Positions 27,282 to 36,427 of a stretch of 64,000 nt of DNA are shown one piece after another. Every line of letters starts with the position of its first letter. Position 1 is the first letter of the stretch. The translations under genes were made by a program, and so were the position numbers. The notes under the pieces were generated by a model. The model did no database searches and was not told the origin of the DNA. It saw only the letters and a list, made by a program, of their open reading frames with translations. The DNA is taken from NCBI GenBank assembly GCA_022560695.1, contig JADFSP010000005.1:296-64295 (forward strand). Direction: 5' to 3'. Origin of the DNA: Pseudomonadota bacterium (GTDB taxonomy: Bacteria > Pseudomonadota > Gammaproteobacteria > Steroidobacterales > Woeseiaceae).

Positions 27282-27803
27282 TCAGCCCTTCCTGATGATG
27301 GCCAGCGAGCGCAGCAACAGCGCCACACCCTGAAGCGCAACGGCGATTGGCATCAGGAGCACCATCGACTTGAGCATCGGTATCAGGGGATAAGGCAGGC
27401 CGCCGGATTCACGCGACGCCTCGTGCAGCGACCACGATACGGCGACGAAGTCATATGCCTGATAAGCCAGGAATGCGCACAGCGGCAGCAGGAACAATAC
27501 GGACCCGGCAATGTCGATCCACGCACGACGCGTGACGCTCAGCTCGCGATAGAAGATGTCGACGCGCACGTGATCTTCTCGTTGCAAGGTGTACGCGGCG
27601 CCCATCATGAAGACCGCCGCGTGCATCCAGATCACCGACTCCTGCAGCCAGATGAGGCCGGCATCGAATACATAACGCATGACGACAATGACGAATGTCG
27701 TGATGACCATGATCAGCGTCAGCCAGGAGATCACCCGGCCCGTAGCAATGCTGATACGGTCGAGCAGCTGCGCCGCCGCCTCGTTAGCCGATGGAGCGCT
27801 CAA
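27282..27803 (-). CDS. TRAP transporter small permease (DctQ)
   Basis: 173 aa, four TM segments, immediately upstream of dctM. Confidence 0.8.
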   Translation of the reverse strand: MSAPSANEAAAQLLDRISIATGRVISWLTLIMVITTFVIVVMRYVFDAGLIWLQESVIWMHAAVFMMGAAYTLQREDHVRVDIFYRELSVTRRAWIDIAGSVLFLLPLCAFLAYQAYDFVAVSWSLHEASRESGGLPYPLIPMLKSMVLLMPIAVALQGVALLLRSLAIIRKG

Positions 27804-27813
27804 GCGGCTGCCC

Positions 27814-29265
27814 TCAGTGGCGCCAGAATGTTGGCGTGATCAGGACAAGTAAGGTGAAGATCTCCAGGCGGCCGAGCAACATTCCGGTAATTGCAATCCA
27901 CTTCGCCGCGTCACTCAGCGACATGAAGCCCGATGCAACATCGCCCAGCCCCGGGCCGAGATTATTGAGCGTCGCCGCGACGGCCGAAAACGCCGTCACC
28001 TGATCGAGGCCCGTCGCCATCATCGCGAGTAACATGACGCCGAACACGATGATGTAGACGGAGAAAAACCCCCAGACCGAGTCGACGACACGATGGGGAA
28101 CGATGCTGTTGCCGAGCTTGACCGGGATTTCCGCGCTCGGGTGCACGAGCCGGACAATTTCGCGCATGCCCTGTTTGTAAACCAGCAACCAGCGAATCAC
28201 CTTAATGCCGCCCGCCGTCGATCCCGCGGAGCCACCGATGAAACTGGAAAAAATCAGCAACACCGGTATCACGGCGGGCCATGCTGCGAAATTCGCTGTT
28301 GTAAAACCCGTTGTTGTTGCGATAGACACCGCCTGGAACAAACCCTTTATAAAAGTGTGGCCCGGGTCGTCGAAGGTCTGAAACTGAAAAAGTGCGGCGA
28401 TGACGATGACGGACAAGCCGATCAACATCACGACATACGCCCGGAACTCGGGATCACGGCCGTAATGTCTCAGCGATATGTTACGCCAGGCGAAAAAATG
28501 CAGGGAGAAGTTGATGCCGGCGGCAAACATGAAAACGACCGCTACAAGTTCAACTGCCGGATTTTCGAAGTAGCCCATGTTCAGGTCGTGCGTGGAAAAG
28601 CCGCCGATAGCCACCGTGGAAAATGCATGGCAAAGCGCATCGAACCAGCCCATGCCGGCCGCCTTGTAGCTGACCGCGCAGGCTACCGTAAACGCCACAT
28701 ACACATACCAGAGGGCCTTGGCGGTCTGGGTAATGCGCGGCGTCAGCCTCGTGTCTTTGACCGGGCCGGGTGTTTCGGCACGATACAACTGCATGCCGCC
28801 GATGCCCAGCATTGGCAAGACGGCGACGGCCAGGACAATGATGCCCATGCCGCCAAGCCACTGCAGCTGATGCCGGTAATAGAGTATCGATTTCGGTAAT
28901 TCGTCGAGCCCGGTCAGTATTGTGGCGCCCGTTGTGGTCAGGCCGGACATCGACTCGAAGACGGCGTTCGTGAAGGAGATGGACGGCATGTCCGCAAAGT
29001 ACAACGGCGCCGCGCCGAAGGTACCAAGAACGGCCCAGAATGAAGCGACGACAAGAAAACCGTCGCGCAGCCGCAGGTCTTTGCGCGAGCCGTGAACCGG
29101 CAGCCAGCAAACGACGCCTGCGGCAAGCGTCAGCCCGAAGCCCTCTACGAACGGCAGCCACGAGTGGTCGTCATAAAGCAGAGAGATGATTACGGGGGGC
29201 AGCATCGTAAAGCTGAACATCATGAGCAGCAACCCGAGGATTCGTTGTACGGCGGTCCAGTTCAT
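27814..29265 (-). CDS. trkH: potassium uptake protein TrkH
   Basis: 483 aa; repeated M-P-M pore-loop motifs (SGLTTTGATI, GGFSTH, TTTGFTT, AVAATLNNLGPGLG). Confidence 0.9.
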   Translation of the reverse strand: MNWTAVQRILGLLLMMFSFTMLPPVIISLLYDDHSWLPFVEGFGLTLAAGVVCWLPVHGSRKDLRLRDGFLVVASFWAVLGTFGAAPLYFADMPSISFTNAVFESMSGLTTTGATILTGLDELPKSILYYRHQLQWLGGMGIIVLAVAVLPMLGIGGMQLYRAETPGPVKDTRLTPRITQTAKALWYVYVAFTVACAVSYKAAGMGWFDALCHAFSTVAIGGFSTHDLNMGYFENPAVELVAVVFMFAAGINFSLHFFAWRNISLRHYGRDPEFRAYVVMLIGLSVIVIAALFQFQTFDDPGHTFIKGLFQAVSIATTTGFTTANFAAWPAVIPVLLIFSSFIGGSAGSTAGGIKVIRWLLVYKQGMREIVRLVHPSAEIPVKLGNSIVPHRVVDSVWGFFSVYIIVFGVMLLAMMATGLDQVTAFSAVAATLNNLGPGLGDVASGFMSLSDAAKWIAITGMLLGRLEIFTLLVLITPTFWRH

Positions 29266-29280
29266 CGCTGGATAATAGTC

Positions 29281-30657
29281 TCAGACGAAGGAAACACTGA
29301 CCTGGAACAACTGCTCGAGACGCTCGATCTTGCGCCGGTCGGTCATGAACAAAATAACGTGATCGTCAGTCTTGATGACTGTGTCATGGTGCGCGATGAT
29401 CACCTGATCACGGCGCACCAGAGCAACAATCGCAGTTCCCTTTGGCAGCTCGATGTCCTCGATTTTTCGACCAACGACCTGTGACTGCTCCGGATCACCG
29501 TGCGCGATCGCCTCGATCGCCTCCGCCGCGCCGCGCCGCAACGAATGAACTTTCGCTACGTCGCCGCGACGCACATGCGCCAGCAACGAACCGATCGTCA
29601 CCTGTTGCGGCGAGATCGCGATATCGATGCTGCCTGACTCAACGAGCTCGACGTAGGAAGCGCGATTGATGAGCGCCATGACTTTGTGCGCGCCGAGCCG
29701 TCGGGCGAGCATCGAACTCAGAATGTTGGCCTCCTCGGAATTCGTCAGCGCACAAAATACATCGACGGTGTCGATGTTTTCTTCCAGCAGCAGCTCTTCG
29801 TCCGCTGCGTCCCCGACCAGGACAATGGCCTTGTTAAGCTTTTCGGAAATCACTCGTGCGCGCTTCGGGTCTCGCTCGATGATCTTGACCTGATTGGTTT
29901 GTTCGAGCGCGAGCGCGAGCCGTACGCCGATGTTTCCGCCGCCAGCAATGACTACGCGCCGAACCGGGTCCTCAAGACGCCGCATCTCGATCATGAAGAC
30001 ACGAATGTCCTTGCGGTCGGCGATGAAAAAGACCTCATCGCCTTCCTGTACGACCGTGTCGCCGTCGAGCAGCATGGCCTTTCCCTTTCGATAAATCGCT
30101 GCGATGCGGACTTCGGTATTCGGCACGTGTTCCCTGAGTGTGGCAATACGTTGCCCGACAAGCAGGCCGTCGCGATCCGCGAATACACCGACGAGGCGCA
30201 CACGACCGCCGGCAAAGTCCAGTACCTGGGTTGCGCCCGGATAGAGAATCAATTGCTCGATGTACTCACAAACGAGTTGCTCGGGGCTGATACGAACATC
30301 GATCGGAATTGCGTCCTGTGTAAACAGGATCTCCGAACGCATGTACTCGGCTGCGCGAATTCGGGCGATCTTGGTTGGCGTGTGAAACTTCGTATAGGCG
30401 ACCTGGCAGGCGACCATATTGGTTTCGTCGGAATCCGTCAGTGCGACCACGATGTCCGCGTCGTTGGCGCCGGCGCGTTCGAGTACTTCCGGGTAGGCGG
30501 CGTGACCGACGACGGTGCGTATGTCGAGCCGGTCCTGCAATTCCCTTAGCACGTCTGCTCGCAGGTCAACGACGGTGACTTCATTCGCTTCCTCGCGCGA
30601 CAGATGATAGGCCGCCGAAGAACCAACCTGACCGGCGCCGAGTATGATTATTTTCAT
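29281..30657 (-). CDS. trkA: potassium uptake regulatory protein TrkA
   Basis: 458 aa; duplicated RCK/NAD-binding domains (MKIIILGAGQVG..., VVIAGGGNIG). Confidence 0.9.
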   Translation of the reverse strand: MKIIILGAGQVGSSAAYHLSREEANEVTVVDLRADVLRELQDRLDIRTVVGHAAYPEVLERAGANDADIVVALTDSDETNMVACQVAYTKFHTPTKIARIRAAEYMRSEILFTQDAIPIDVRISPEQLVCEYIEQLILYPGATQVLDFAGGRVRLVGVFADRDGLLVGQRIATLREHVPNTEVRIAAIYRKGKAMLLDGDTVVQEGDEVFFIADRKDIRVFMIEMRRLEDPVRRVVIAGGGNIGVRLALALEQTNQVKIIERDPKRARVISEKLNKAIVLVGDAADEELLLEENIDTVDVFCALTNSEEANILSSMLARRLGAHKVMALINRASYVELVESGSIDIAISPQQVTIGSLLAHVRRGDVAKVHSLRRGAAEAIEAIAHGDPEQSQVVGRKIEDIELPKGTAIVALVRRDQVIIAHHDTVIKTDDHVILFMTDRRKIERLEQLFQVSVSFV

Positions 30658-30711
30658 TTTTGTTGACAGGCCTCAGTGCGGCGCATCGAGTGCCGCCACC
30701 GGGATGATACT

Positions 30712-32871
30712 CTACATCAGATCCAGATTTGCATAGCTCAGAACAAGCCATTTCGTGCCGGCGGTCTCGAAATTTACCTCGACCCTGGTGTGTGCGCCCT
30801 GCCCCTCGCAATTAAGTATGACGCCGTCGCCGAACTTGCGATGCCGCACGCGCTGGCCGAGCCGGATGCCCGGATGTTCCTGCAGTGCGCTCGACTTCGA
30901 GCGGCGCGCCGAGCGCACCGGTCTCGATACCTGCACCCTGGGTCGAATTTCCTCGATGAATTCGTCCGGCACCTCGGCGATGAACCGCGAAGGATGTGAT
31001 AATTTGTCCATGCCGTGCAGGCGGCGCTGTTCCGCGTAGGTCATGTACAGGATCTGCTTGGCGCGTGTTATGCCGACATAGCAAAGCCGCCGCTCCTCCT
31101 CGAGCCCGCCCGGGTCGGCGATGGAGCGTTGATGCGGAAATAATCCATCCTCCATGCCACACAGAAACACGAGCGGAAATTCGAGGCCCTTGGCCGAGTG
31201 CATCGTCATGAGTTGCACGCAGTCGTCCCAGGCGTCCGCCTGGCCTTCGCCTGCCTCGAGTGCGGCGTGCGAAAGAAACTCATCGAGTGGCGACATTTCC
31301 TCGGCCAGGTCGGGCGTGAAACTCTTTGCCGCGCTGACCAGTTCCATCAGGTTCTCGACGCGCGTCTCGCCACGTTCACCCCTGTCCTTCCTGAAAAAAT
31401 CGATCAGACCACTCGCATGAATGGCGTGATCGACCTTGTCCTGCAGATCGAGACCGGAGGTCTCGCGGGCCATGCTCTCGATGAGATTCAGGAAGGCGAG
31501 TACGGCGTTGGCCGCCCGGCTGTTGAGCTCGTCGCTGGCGATTGCCCCGGCGGCGCGCCACATCGAGCAACTGTTTGCGCGTGTGTGTGCACGCATTGCC
31601 TCGACAGTGCGCGCGCCTATGCCACGCGTCGGCCGATTGACGACGCGCTCGAATGCGCTGTCATCATCGCGGTTGGAGATCAGCCGGAGGTAAGCGAGGG
31701 CGTCCTTGATCTCGGCGCGCTCGAAGAAGCGCAGCCCGCCGTAGACCCGATACGGTATTCCTGCGTTGATAAGCCCCTCTTCGAGCACGCGCGACTGCGC
31801 GTTGGAGCGATACAGGACCGCCGCGTCGGCGCGGACGTTACCCTGATCAATCCAGTCGCGCAGGCGGGCGATCACAAAATCCGCTTCGTCGCGTTCGTTG
31901 TAAGCGGCGTACAGCTTGATCGTCTCGCCGTCGGCGCCGTCGGTCCACAGGTTCTTGCCCATGCGAGAATTGTTGTTCGCGATCAGGGCATTCGCGGCAC
32001 CGAGTATCGTGGCCGTGGAGCGATAGTTCTGCTCGAGCTTGACGATCTTCGCGGCAGGGAAATCTTTCTGAAACCTGAGAATGTGCTCGACTCTTGCGCC
32101 ACGCCAGCGATATATGGACTGGTCGTCGTCGCCGACGACAAACGGCACGCCGGTATCTCCGGCGAGCAGCCGCAGCCAGGCGTACTGAATCGCGTTGGTG
32201 TCCTGAAACTCGTCGACGAGCAGATGGCTGAAGCGACGCCGATAGTGCGCGAGCAGTTCCGGATTGTCGCGCCACAGCTCATGCGCCCGCAACAGCAGCT
32301 CCGCGAAATCGACAAGGCCACCGCGCTCGCACAATTCCGCGTAGGCGGCGTACAGTGAAATCATCTGCCGCCGATCGAGGTCTCCGTCGTCGTCGAGATG
32401 CTGATGCCGCAAGCCCTCGTCTTTCTGAGCATTGATGAAATACTGGATTTCGCGCGGCACCCAGCGACTGTCATCGATCTCGAGACTCTTCAGGAGGCGT
32501 TTGATGAGCCGCAACTGATCGTCGGAATCGATGATCTGAAAATTCTGCGGCAACCGGGCCTCGCGCCAGTGCCGCCGAAGCAGGCGATGGGCCAGGCCGT
32601 GAAACGTGCCGATCCAGAGGTGATTGACGGGCATACCGAGCAGAGCCTCGATGCGCCCGCGCATCTCGGCAGCGGCCTTGTTCGTGAACGTAACGGCCAG
32701 CAAGCTTTGCGGTGCAATTCCCACGACATCGATGAGCCACGCGGCTCGATGCACGAGCACGCGCGTCTTGCCGCTGCCGGCGCCCGCAATGACAAGCATC
32801 GGCTCGGCGGGCGACGTCACGGCCTGACGTTGCGCGTCGTTCAGGGACTCGAGGATCGGTGAAACGTCCAT
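30712..32871 (-). CDS. uvrD: DNA helicase II
   Basis: LNDAQRQAV...AGAGSGKT..., DEFQDTN, and a C-terminal HRKFGDG..L motif. ATG at 32871. Confidence 0.9.
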   Translation of the reverse strand: MDVSPILESLNDAQRQAVTSPAEPMLVIAGAGSGKTRVLVHRAAWLIDVVGIAPQSLLAVTFTNKAAAEMRGRIEALLGMPVNHLWIGTFHGLAHRLLRRHWREARLPQNFQIIDSDDQLRLIKRLLKSLEIDDSRWVPREIQYFINAQKDEGLRHQHLDDDGDLDRRQMISLYAAYAELCERGGLVDFAELLLRAHELWRDNPELLAHYRRRFSHLLVDEFQDTNAIQYAWLRLLAGDTGVPFVVGDDDQSIYRWRGARVEHILRFQKDFPAAKIVKLEQNYRSTATILGAANALIANNNSRMGKNLWTDGADGETIKLYAAYNERDEADFVIARLRDWIDQGNVRADAAVLYRSNAQSRVLEEGLINAGIPYRVYGGLRFFERAEIKDALAYLRLISNRDDDSAFERVVNRPTRGIGARTVEAMRAHTRANSCSMWRAAGAIASDELNSRAANAVLAFLNLIESMARETSGLDLQDKVDHAIHASGLIDFFRKDRGERGETRVENLMELVSAAKSFTPDLAEEMSPLDEFLSHAALEAGEGQADAWDDCVQLMTMHSAKGLEFPLVFLCGMEDGLFPHQRSIADPGGLEEERRLCYVGITRAKQILYMTYAEQRRLHGMDKLSHPSRFIAEVPDEFIEEIRPRVQVSRPVRSARRSKSSALQEHPGIRLGQRVRHRKFGDGVILNCEGQGAHTRVEVNFETAGTKWLVLSYANLDLM

Positions 32872-32939
32872 CGGCGGCGAGAATAGCGGCGTTGGTGAAG
32901 CGCGGCAGTTTAGCAAACATAAGCAAACAGATGGCCCTC

Positions 32940-34562
32940 CTACTGTTCCCAGACCACACCGATGACGAACTGGTTACGACTGTAGTCGTTGCGTGTGTCG
33001 TTCGATACCGAGTCACGAAGTTCGAACTCGGCAAGCAGGCTCAGGCGATCCGTCATCCTGTAAGTCGCAGCAACTTCCGCGCGCGTGGCTTCCAGCGTCT
33101 TGTTGCCGATGGCCGGGTCGTTGAAAGCGAACGCATTTGCAAAGTCGTAACTTCGATGGGAGGCCGATACGTCAAGCTTGAAGCGTGCGCCCGCCGACCA
33201 GTGAAATTCGACTTCAAAGGCGTTGCGGATGTAATCATTGTATCCGGCATGTTTGTCCTGTCGGTCGGTACGTTCGTAACCGAAGCCGAACCACATGTTT
33301 GGTGTAATCCGTTGCCGCGCCAGCAGGCCCAGCCCGATATAGTCGTAACGCAGCGTCGCGTTGCCCAGCCGCTGTTGTCCGTCGAGATCGAAGGAGGGGC
33401 GATCACCATAGCGGCGACTCTGTTTTTCGACCGTGAGGCGCAGCAGCGATGACGGCGCGAAACGGTACTGCACGTCGACGCCGAGCAGAAAATACTCGTG
33501 GTCATACCCGGGGGCCGCAACAACATCCTCGTAATTCCACAATTGGCCTTTTAACCGTGCGCCGACTGAAATCTTCTCATGCGACTGGCGGAACTTGATC
33601 TCGGGACCGTAGCGCAGGTAATTCAAGCGATCCCCCACACTGACGCCGCCGACGTTGCGGATGGCGCCGTCATCCGGGTCGTAGTAGGTCTCGTCATGCT
33701 GCGCAACCTTGAAGGCGCTGTACACCTCGCGAGTCCGTGTGCCTTGCTGGCGCCGAAAATGACTGCCGAAACTCGCCTCGTGCACGAACTCGTTGGCGTT
33801 CGTCAGCGCCTTGTCCTGGTAGTAACGGCCCCTGAGACGGTAGGCACCGAAAAACGACTCATGCGGAAGGCTGTTGATCGTGTACTTTGCACGCAGATCG
33901 ATCGGCAGGTACGCGCCGGACTGAATGACGGGAGTGACAAGTGGCAGATTCGGGTCCGCAAAATCGACATACGATATGTCCGGTGCCCGGAATACGTTGC
34001 TGTCATTGCCAAAACTGACGCTGGCACGAAAGTCGAACTCGCCGAGCTTCTTGTGCTTGCGCTGCTGCCCGGGACGCGCCGCGGCAGCATCCGCCTGTCT
34101 GCGCCGCGAGCTTAGCCGGGCGATGGCGCGCCGCGCCAGCTGCGCAATTTTCGTGTTCTGCTGTTGATCGCGCGCCAGCCGGAACCAGCGCAGCGCCTCA
34201 TCGGTATCACCGCCAGCGTACGCATTCAGACCGAGATTGTAGTGCGCCAGGACCCGAAGTCTCGGCGACTCCGCGGCCTTCCGCAGTGACTGCTGCGCAC
34301 GTACGTGTTGTTGCGCGCGGTAATGGGCGACGCCGCGGTTGTAGTGCAACAGCGGCGTGTCCATGCCCTGTTCGGCAGCCTCTTCGTAGCGCAGAAGCGC
34401 GGCCCAATACAGGTCGTCGCGAACCAGCCGGTTGCCCTCGGCAAACAGCTCGCGGGCGGTCTGGGCTAGCGCCGGGCTGACGGCGAGCGAGCATGCCAGG
34501 ATCGCCGCCAGCGCCGCTACGCTACCGGGATACCGGCGCTTCGATGGATTGGTCGTCAACAA
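32940..34562 (-). CDS. outer-membrane protein: signal peptide + TPR domain + large C-terminal beta-barrel
   Basis: TTG start at 34562 or 34559 gives MTTNPSKRRYPGSVAALAAILACSLAVSPALA/QT. TPR-like helices cover about aa 40-170. A basic linker is followed by about 370 aa of alternating-hydrophobicity strands rich in Y/F/R/D/N (SVSFGNDSNVFRAPD...RNQFVIGVVWEQ). Confidence 0.7.
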   Translation of the reverse strand: MLTTNPSKRRYPGSVAALAAILACSLAVSPALAQTARELFAEGNRLVRDDLYWAALLRYEEAAEQGMDTPLLHYNRGVAHYRAQQHVRAQQSLRKAAESPRLRVLAHYNLGLNAYAGGDTDEALRWFRLARDQQQNTKIAQLARRAIARLSSRRRQADAAAARPGQQRKHKKLGEFDFRASVSFGNDSNVFRAPDISYVDFADPNLPLVTPVIQSGAYLPIDLRAKYTINSLPHESFFGAYRLRGRYYQDKALTNANEFVHEASFGSHFRRQQGTRTREVYSAFKVAQHDETYYDPDDGAIRNVGGVSVGDRLNYLRYGPEIKFRQSHEKISVGARLKGQLWNYEDVVAAPGYDHEYFLLGVDVQYRFAPSSLLRLTVEKQSRRYGDRPSFDLDGQQRLGNATLRYDYIGLGLLARQRITPNMWFGFGYERTDRQDKHAGYNDYIRNAFEVEFHWSAGARFKLDVSASHRSYDFANAFAFNDPAIGNKTLEATRAEVAATYRMTDRLSLLAEFELRDSVSNDTRNDYSRNQFVIGVVWEQ

Positions 34563-34641
34563 GAAAAGCTGCGCTCCCGCCGCCTGCGTTATGTCAGCTG
34601 CAAGAATCACCGAAAATGCGCGCAAAAACCATGACGTAGCG

Positions 34642-34679
34642 CAAGAAAATCCCCCCCGCCTGTAAATCAGGCGGGGGGG
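34642..34679 (-). terminator. strong GC hairpin + T-tract (terminator/attenuator) between the acidic-protein gene and the OMP gene
   Basis: 12-bp stem cccccccgcctg/caggcggggggg with a 5-nt loop. On the minus strand it is followed by ATTTTCTT. Confidence 0.6.
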
Positions 34680-34735
34680 CAGTTGTTCGGAGTCGTGTGT
34701 TGATCGGCCAGCCGATCAATGATTGCCCTGGCGGC

Positions 34736-35170
34736 TCAGTCGATGCCGTCACCACTCTCGTCACCCGATTCTTCGCCGCTCATGCCGTCCTCGACGACAT
34801 CGTCTTCGACATGCTCGTCATCCTCGAAATCACCGTCTTCCTCGAGGTCATCTTCTTCCTCGAATTCACTCTCGCCATCGAAGCCATCGTCGCCGTCGCC
34901 GTCATCGTCCAGCTCATTCGCGAGGTCGTCATCGACATCGCCGTCATCAGCCTCGTCGCTTTCGTCGTCGCCGTCGGTGCCGCCATTCGACTCGTTGCTC
35001 TCGGGACCACGCATTTCGGCCATCATGCCGTCGAGATCGGCATCGTCATCGAGAACCTCCATCGTGACGTCGAAACCCTCGAGGTCGTCATCGTCGGCAC
35101 GCACAGTGGCCGGAAACATAGCCAGGCACGTCAGTGCCAGTGTCCAGACAAACACGTGTAAATGTTTCAT
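34736..35170 (-). CDS. secreted hyper-acidic low-complexity protein
   Basis: GGAG is 7 nt before the ATG. Signal peptide MKHLHVFVWTLALTCLAMFPATVRA. The mature 119 aa contain 61 Asp/Glu, one Arg and one His. Confidence 0.6.
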   Translation of the reverse strand: MKHLHVFVWTLALTCLAMFPATVRADDDDLEGFDVTMEVLDDDADLDGMMAEMRGPESNESNGGTDGDDESDEADDGDVDDDLANELDDDGDGDDGFDGESEFEEEDDLEEDGDFEDDEHVEDDVVEDGMSGEESGDESGDGID

Positions 35171-35216
35171 GGCATTACTCCATTAACAATTTGCGGACAT
35201 CCGGTCCGCCTTGAAT

Positions 35217-35852
35217 TCAGGATACGTCCACGCGCAGGCGGAACGTCCGGTTGCGCTCATTGTGTTGCAAGTGCGCGATCAGCTCGCCGCCTGTCGGGGT
35301 CAGCGCCACGAGCGTCAGTGGCAACAGGTTTCGGCCCGCCTTGAGGCTTGTTGTCCACGTAATCTCGCGCTGCCCCGGGAAACCGGCAAGTTCGATGCCG
35401 TCGGGCAACGACAAGGTCAGCGTCGCACCGTCCAGCGCTGTTGCCGATGCGAACACGAGGTTGATCGTGCGCTCCTCTTCGAGCGCAATGGTCACGCCCG
35501 GTATCGACGCGAGCGCGTCGGGCGTCTGCGGCACATCCGGCAACAGGCCGAAGATCACCCAGGCAGCGAGCCCCGCCGCGACGGCCGAGCCAAAGCCACT
35601 CAATAGCCAGCGATTGCGCTGCCGGCGGCCGCCTTTGTGCGTTGCGCGCACAAGGGCTCGATCGTAGAAACCTGCCTGAGCCTGTGGCACGGGATAATCT
35701 CCTAGCAATCCACGCAGTTCGCGCGCGCGCTCGATGACGGCGCGGCAGGTCTCACAGGTTCCGGCATGGCTTGCAATCGCCTCTGCTGTCGCCTGATCCA
35801 GACCACCATCCATGTAGTCATCGAGCTTCTCGGTTAAGTCTTTGCAGTGCAT
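35217..35852 (-). CDS. anti-sigma factor (zf-HC2), single-pass membrane protein
   Basis: N-terminal H-x3-C-x2-C (HAGTCETC), a TM helix (WLLSGFGSAVAAGLAAWVIFGLL) and a periplasmic domain of about 110 aa. Confidence 0.8.
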   Translation of the reverse strand: MHCKDLTEKLDDYMDGGLDQATAEAIASHAGTCETCRAVIERARELRGLLGDYPVPQAQAGFYDRALVRATHKGGRRQRNRWLLSGFGSAVAAGLAAWVIFGLLPDVPQTPDALASIPGVTIALEEERTINLVFASATALDGATLTLSLPDGIELAGFPGQREITWTTSLKAGRNLLPLTLVALTPTGGELIAHLQHNERNRTFRLRVDVS

Positions 35853-35887
35853 AGTGTTTTCCTGCTTATTCCCTTACACGCAGCAGC

Positions 35888-36427
35888 TCAGGAAAAGGTT
35901 CCATCGGGGCTCAATATATCCCGCAGACGCGCCCTGGCGCGGTGCAGGCGTGACTTGATGGTGCCGACCGGAACACCGGTAATATCCTGAATTTCCTTGA
36001 GTTTATAGCCTTCGGTATCGTGCAGTAGCACGATCAGGCGATGCTCCTCGCTGAGCTGACCCAACGCCGCGTCGAGCCGCATGAGGTTCTCCAGGCGCTC
36101 GATGTCGGTCACAGGATCCAGGTCGCCGGCGAGGTCCGCCAGCCCCGCTCCCGGCAAATGCCCCTCATCAACGAGGTGCATGCGCTGGCGCGTGTAGCGC
36201 CGGTGCTGATCCACGAACAGGTTGTACATAACACGGCTGAGCCAGGAGCCGGGCTCCTCGATCGCAACGAGATCGTCAAGCAAGCCGTAGGCCTTGACGA
36301 GCAACTCCTGGAAAAGATCCTCGGCTTCGGCCTTGTTGCCGGTCAGCCGCCACGCGAGGCGATACAGGCGGTCGAAATGCGGCCGCACGATGCGCTCGAA
36401 GTTGAGATTCTGCTCCGCATTGCTCAT
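35888..36427 (-). CDS. ECF-family RNA polymerase sigma factor
   Basis: Region 2 (FDRLYRLAWRLTGNKAEAEDLFQELLVKAY) and region 4 (GYKLKEIQDITGVPVGTIKSRLHRARARL). ATG at 36427. Confidence 0.85.
   Translation of the reverse strand: MSNAEQNLNFERIVRPHFDRLYRLAWRLTGNKAEAEDLFQELLVKAYGLLDDLVAIEEPGSWLSRVMYNLFVDQHRRYTRQRMHLVDEGHLPGAGLADLAGDLDPVTDIERLENLMRLDAALGQLSEEHRLIVLLHDTEGYKLKEIQDITGVPVGTIKSRLHRARARLRDILSPDGTFS

Noticed and set aside
34697-35186. Three overlapping plus-strand ORFs (154, 155 and 114 aa) opposite the acidic-protein gene
   Set aside because: They are open only because the GAN-rich coding strand leaves the complement free of stops. Their products are poly-Ser/Ile/Val/Arg strings without a start context, whereas the minus-strand frame has an RBS and a signal peptide.
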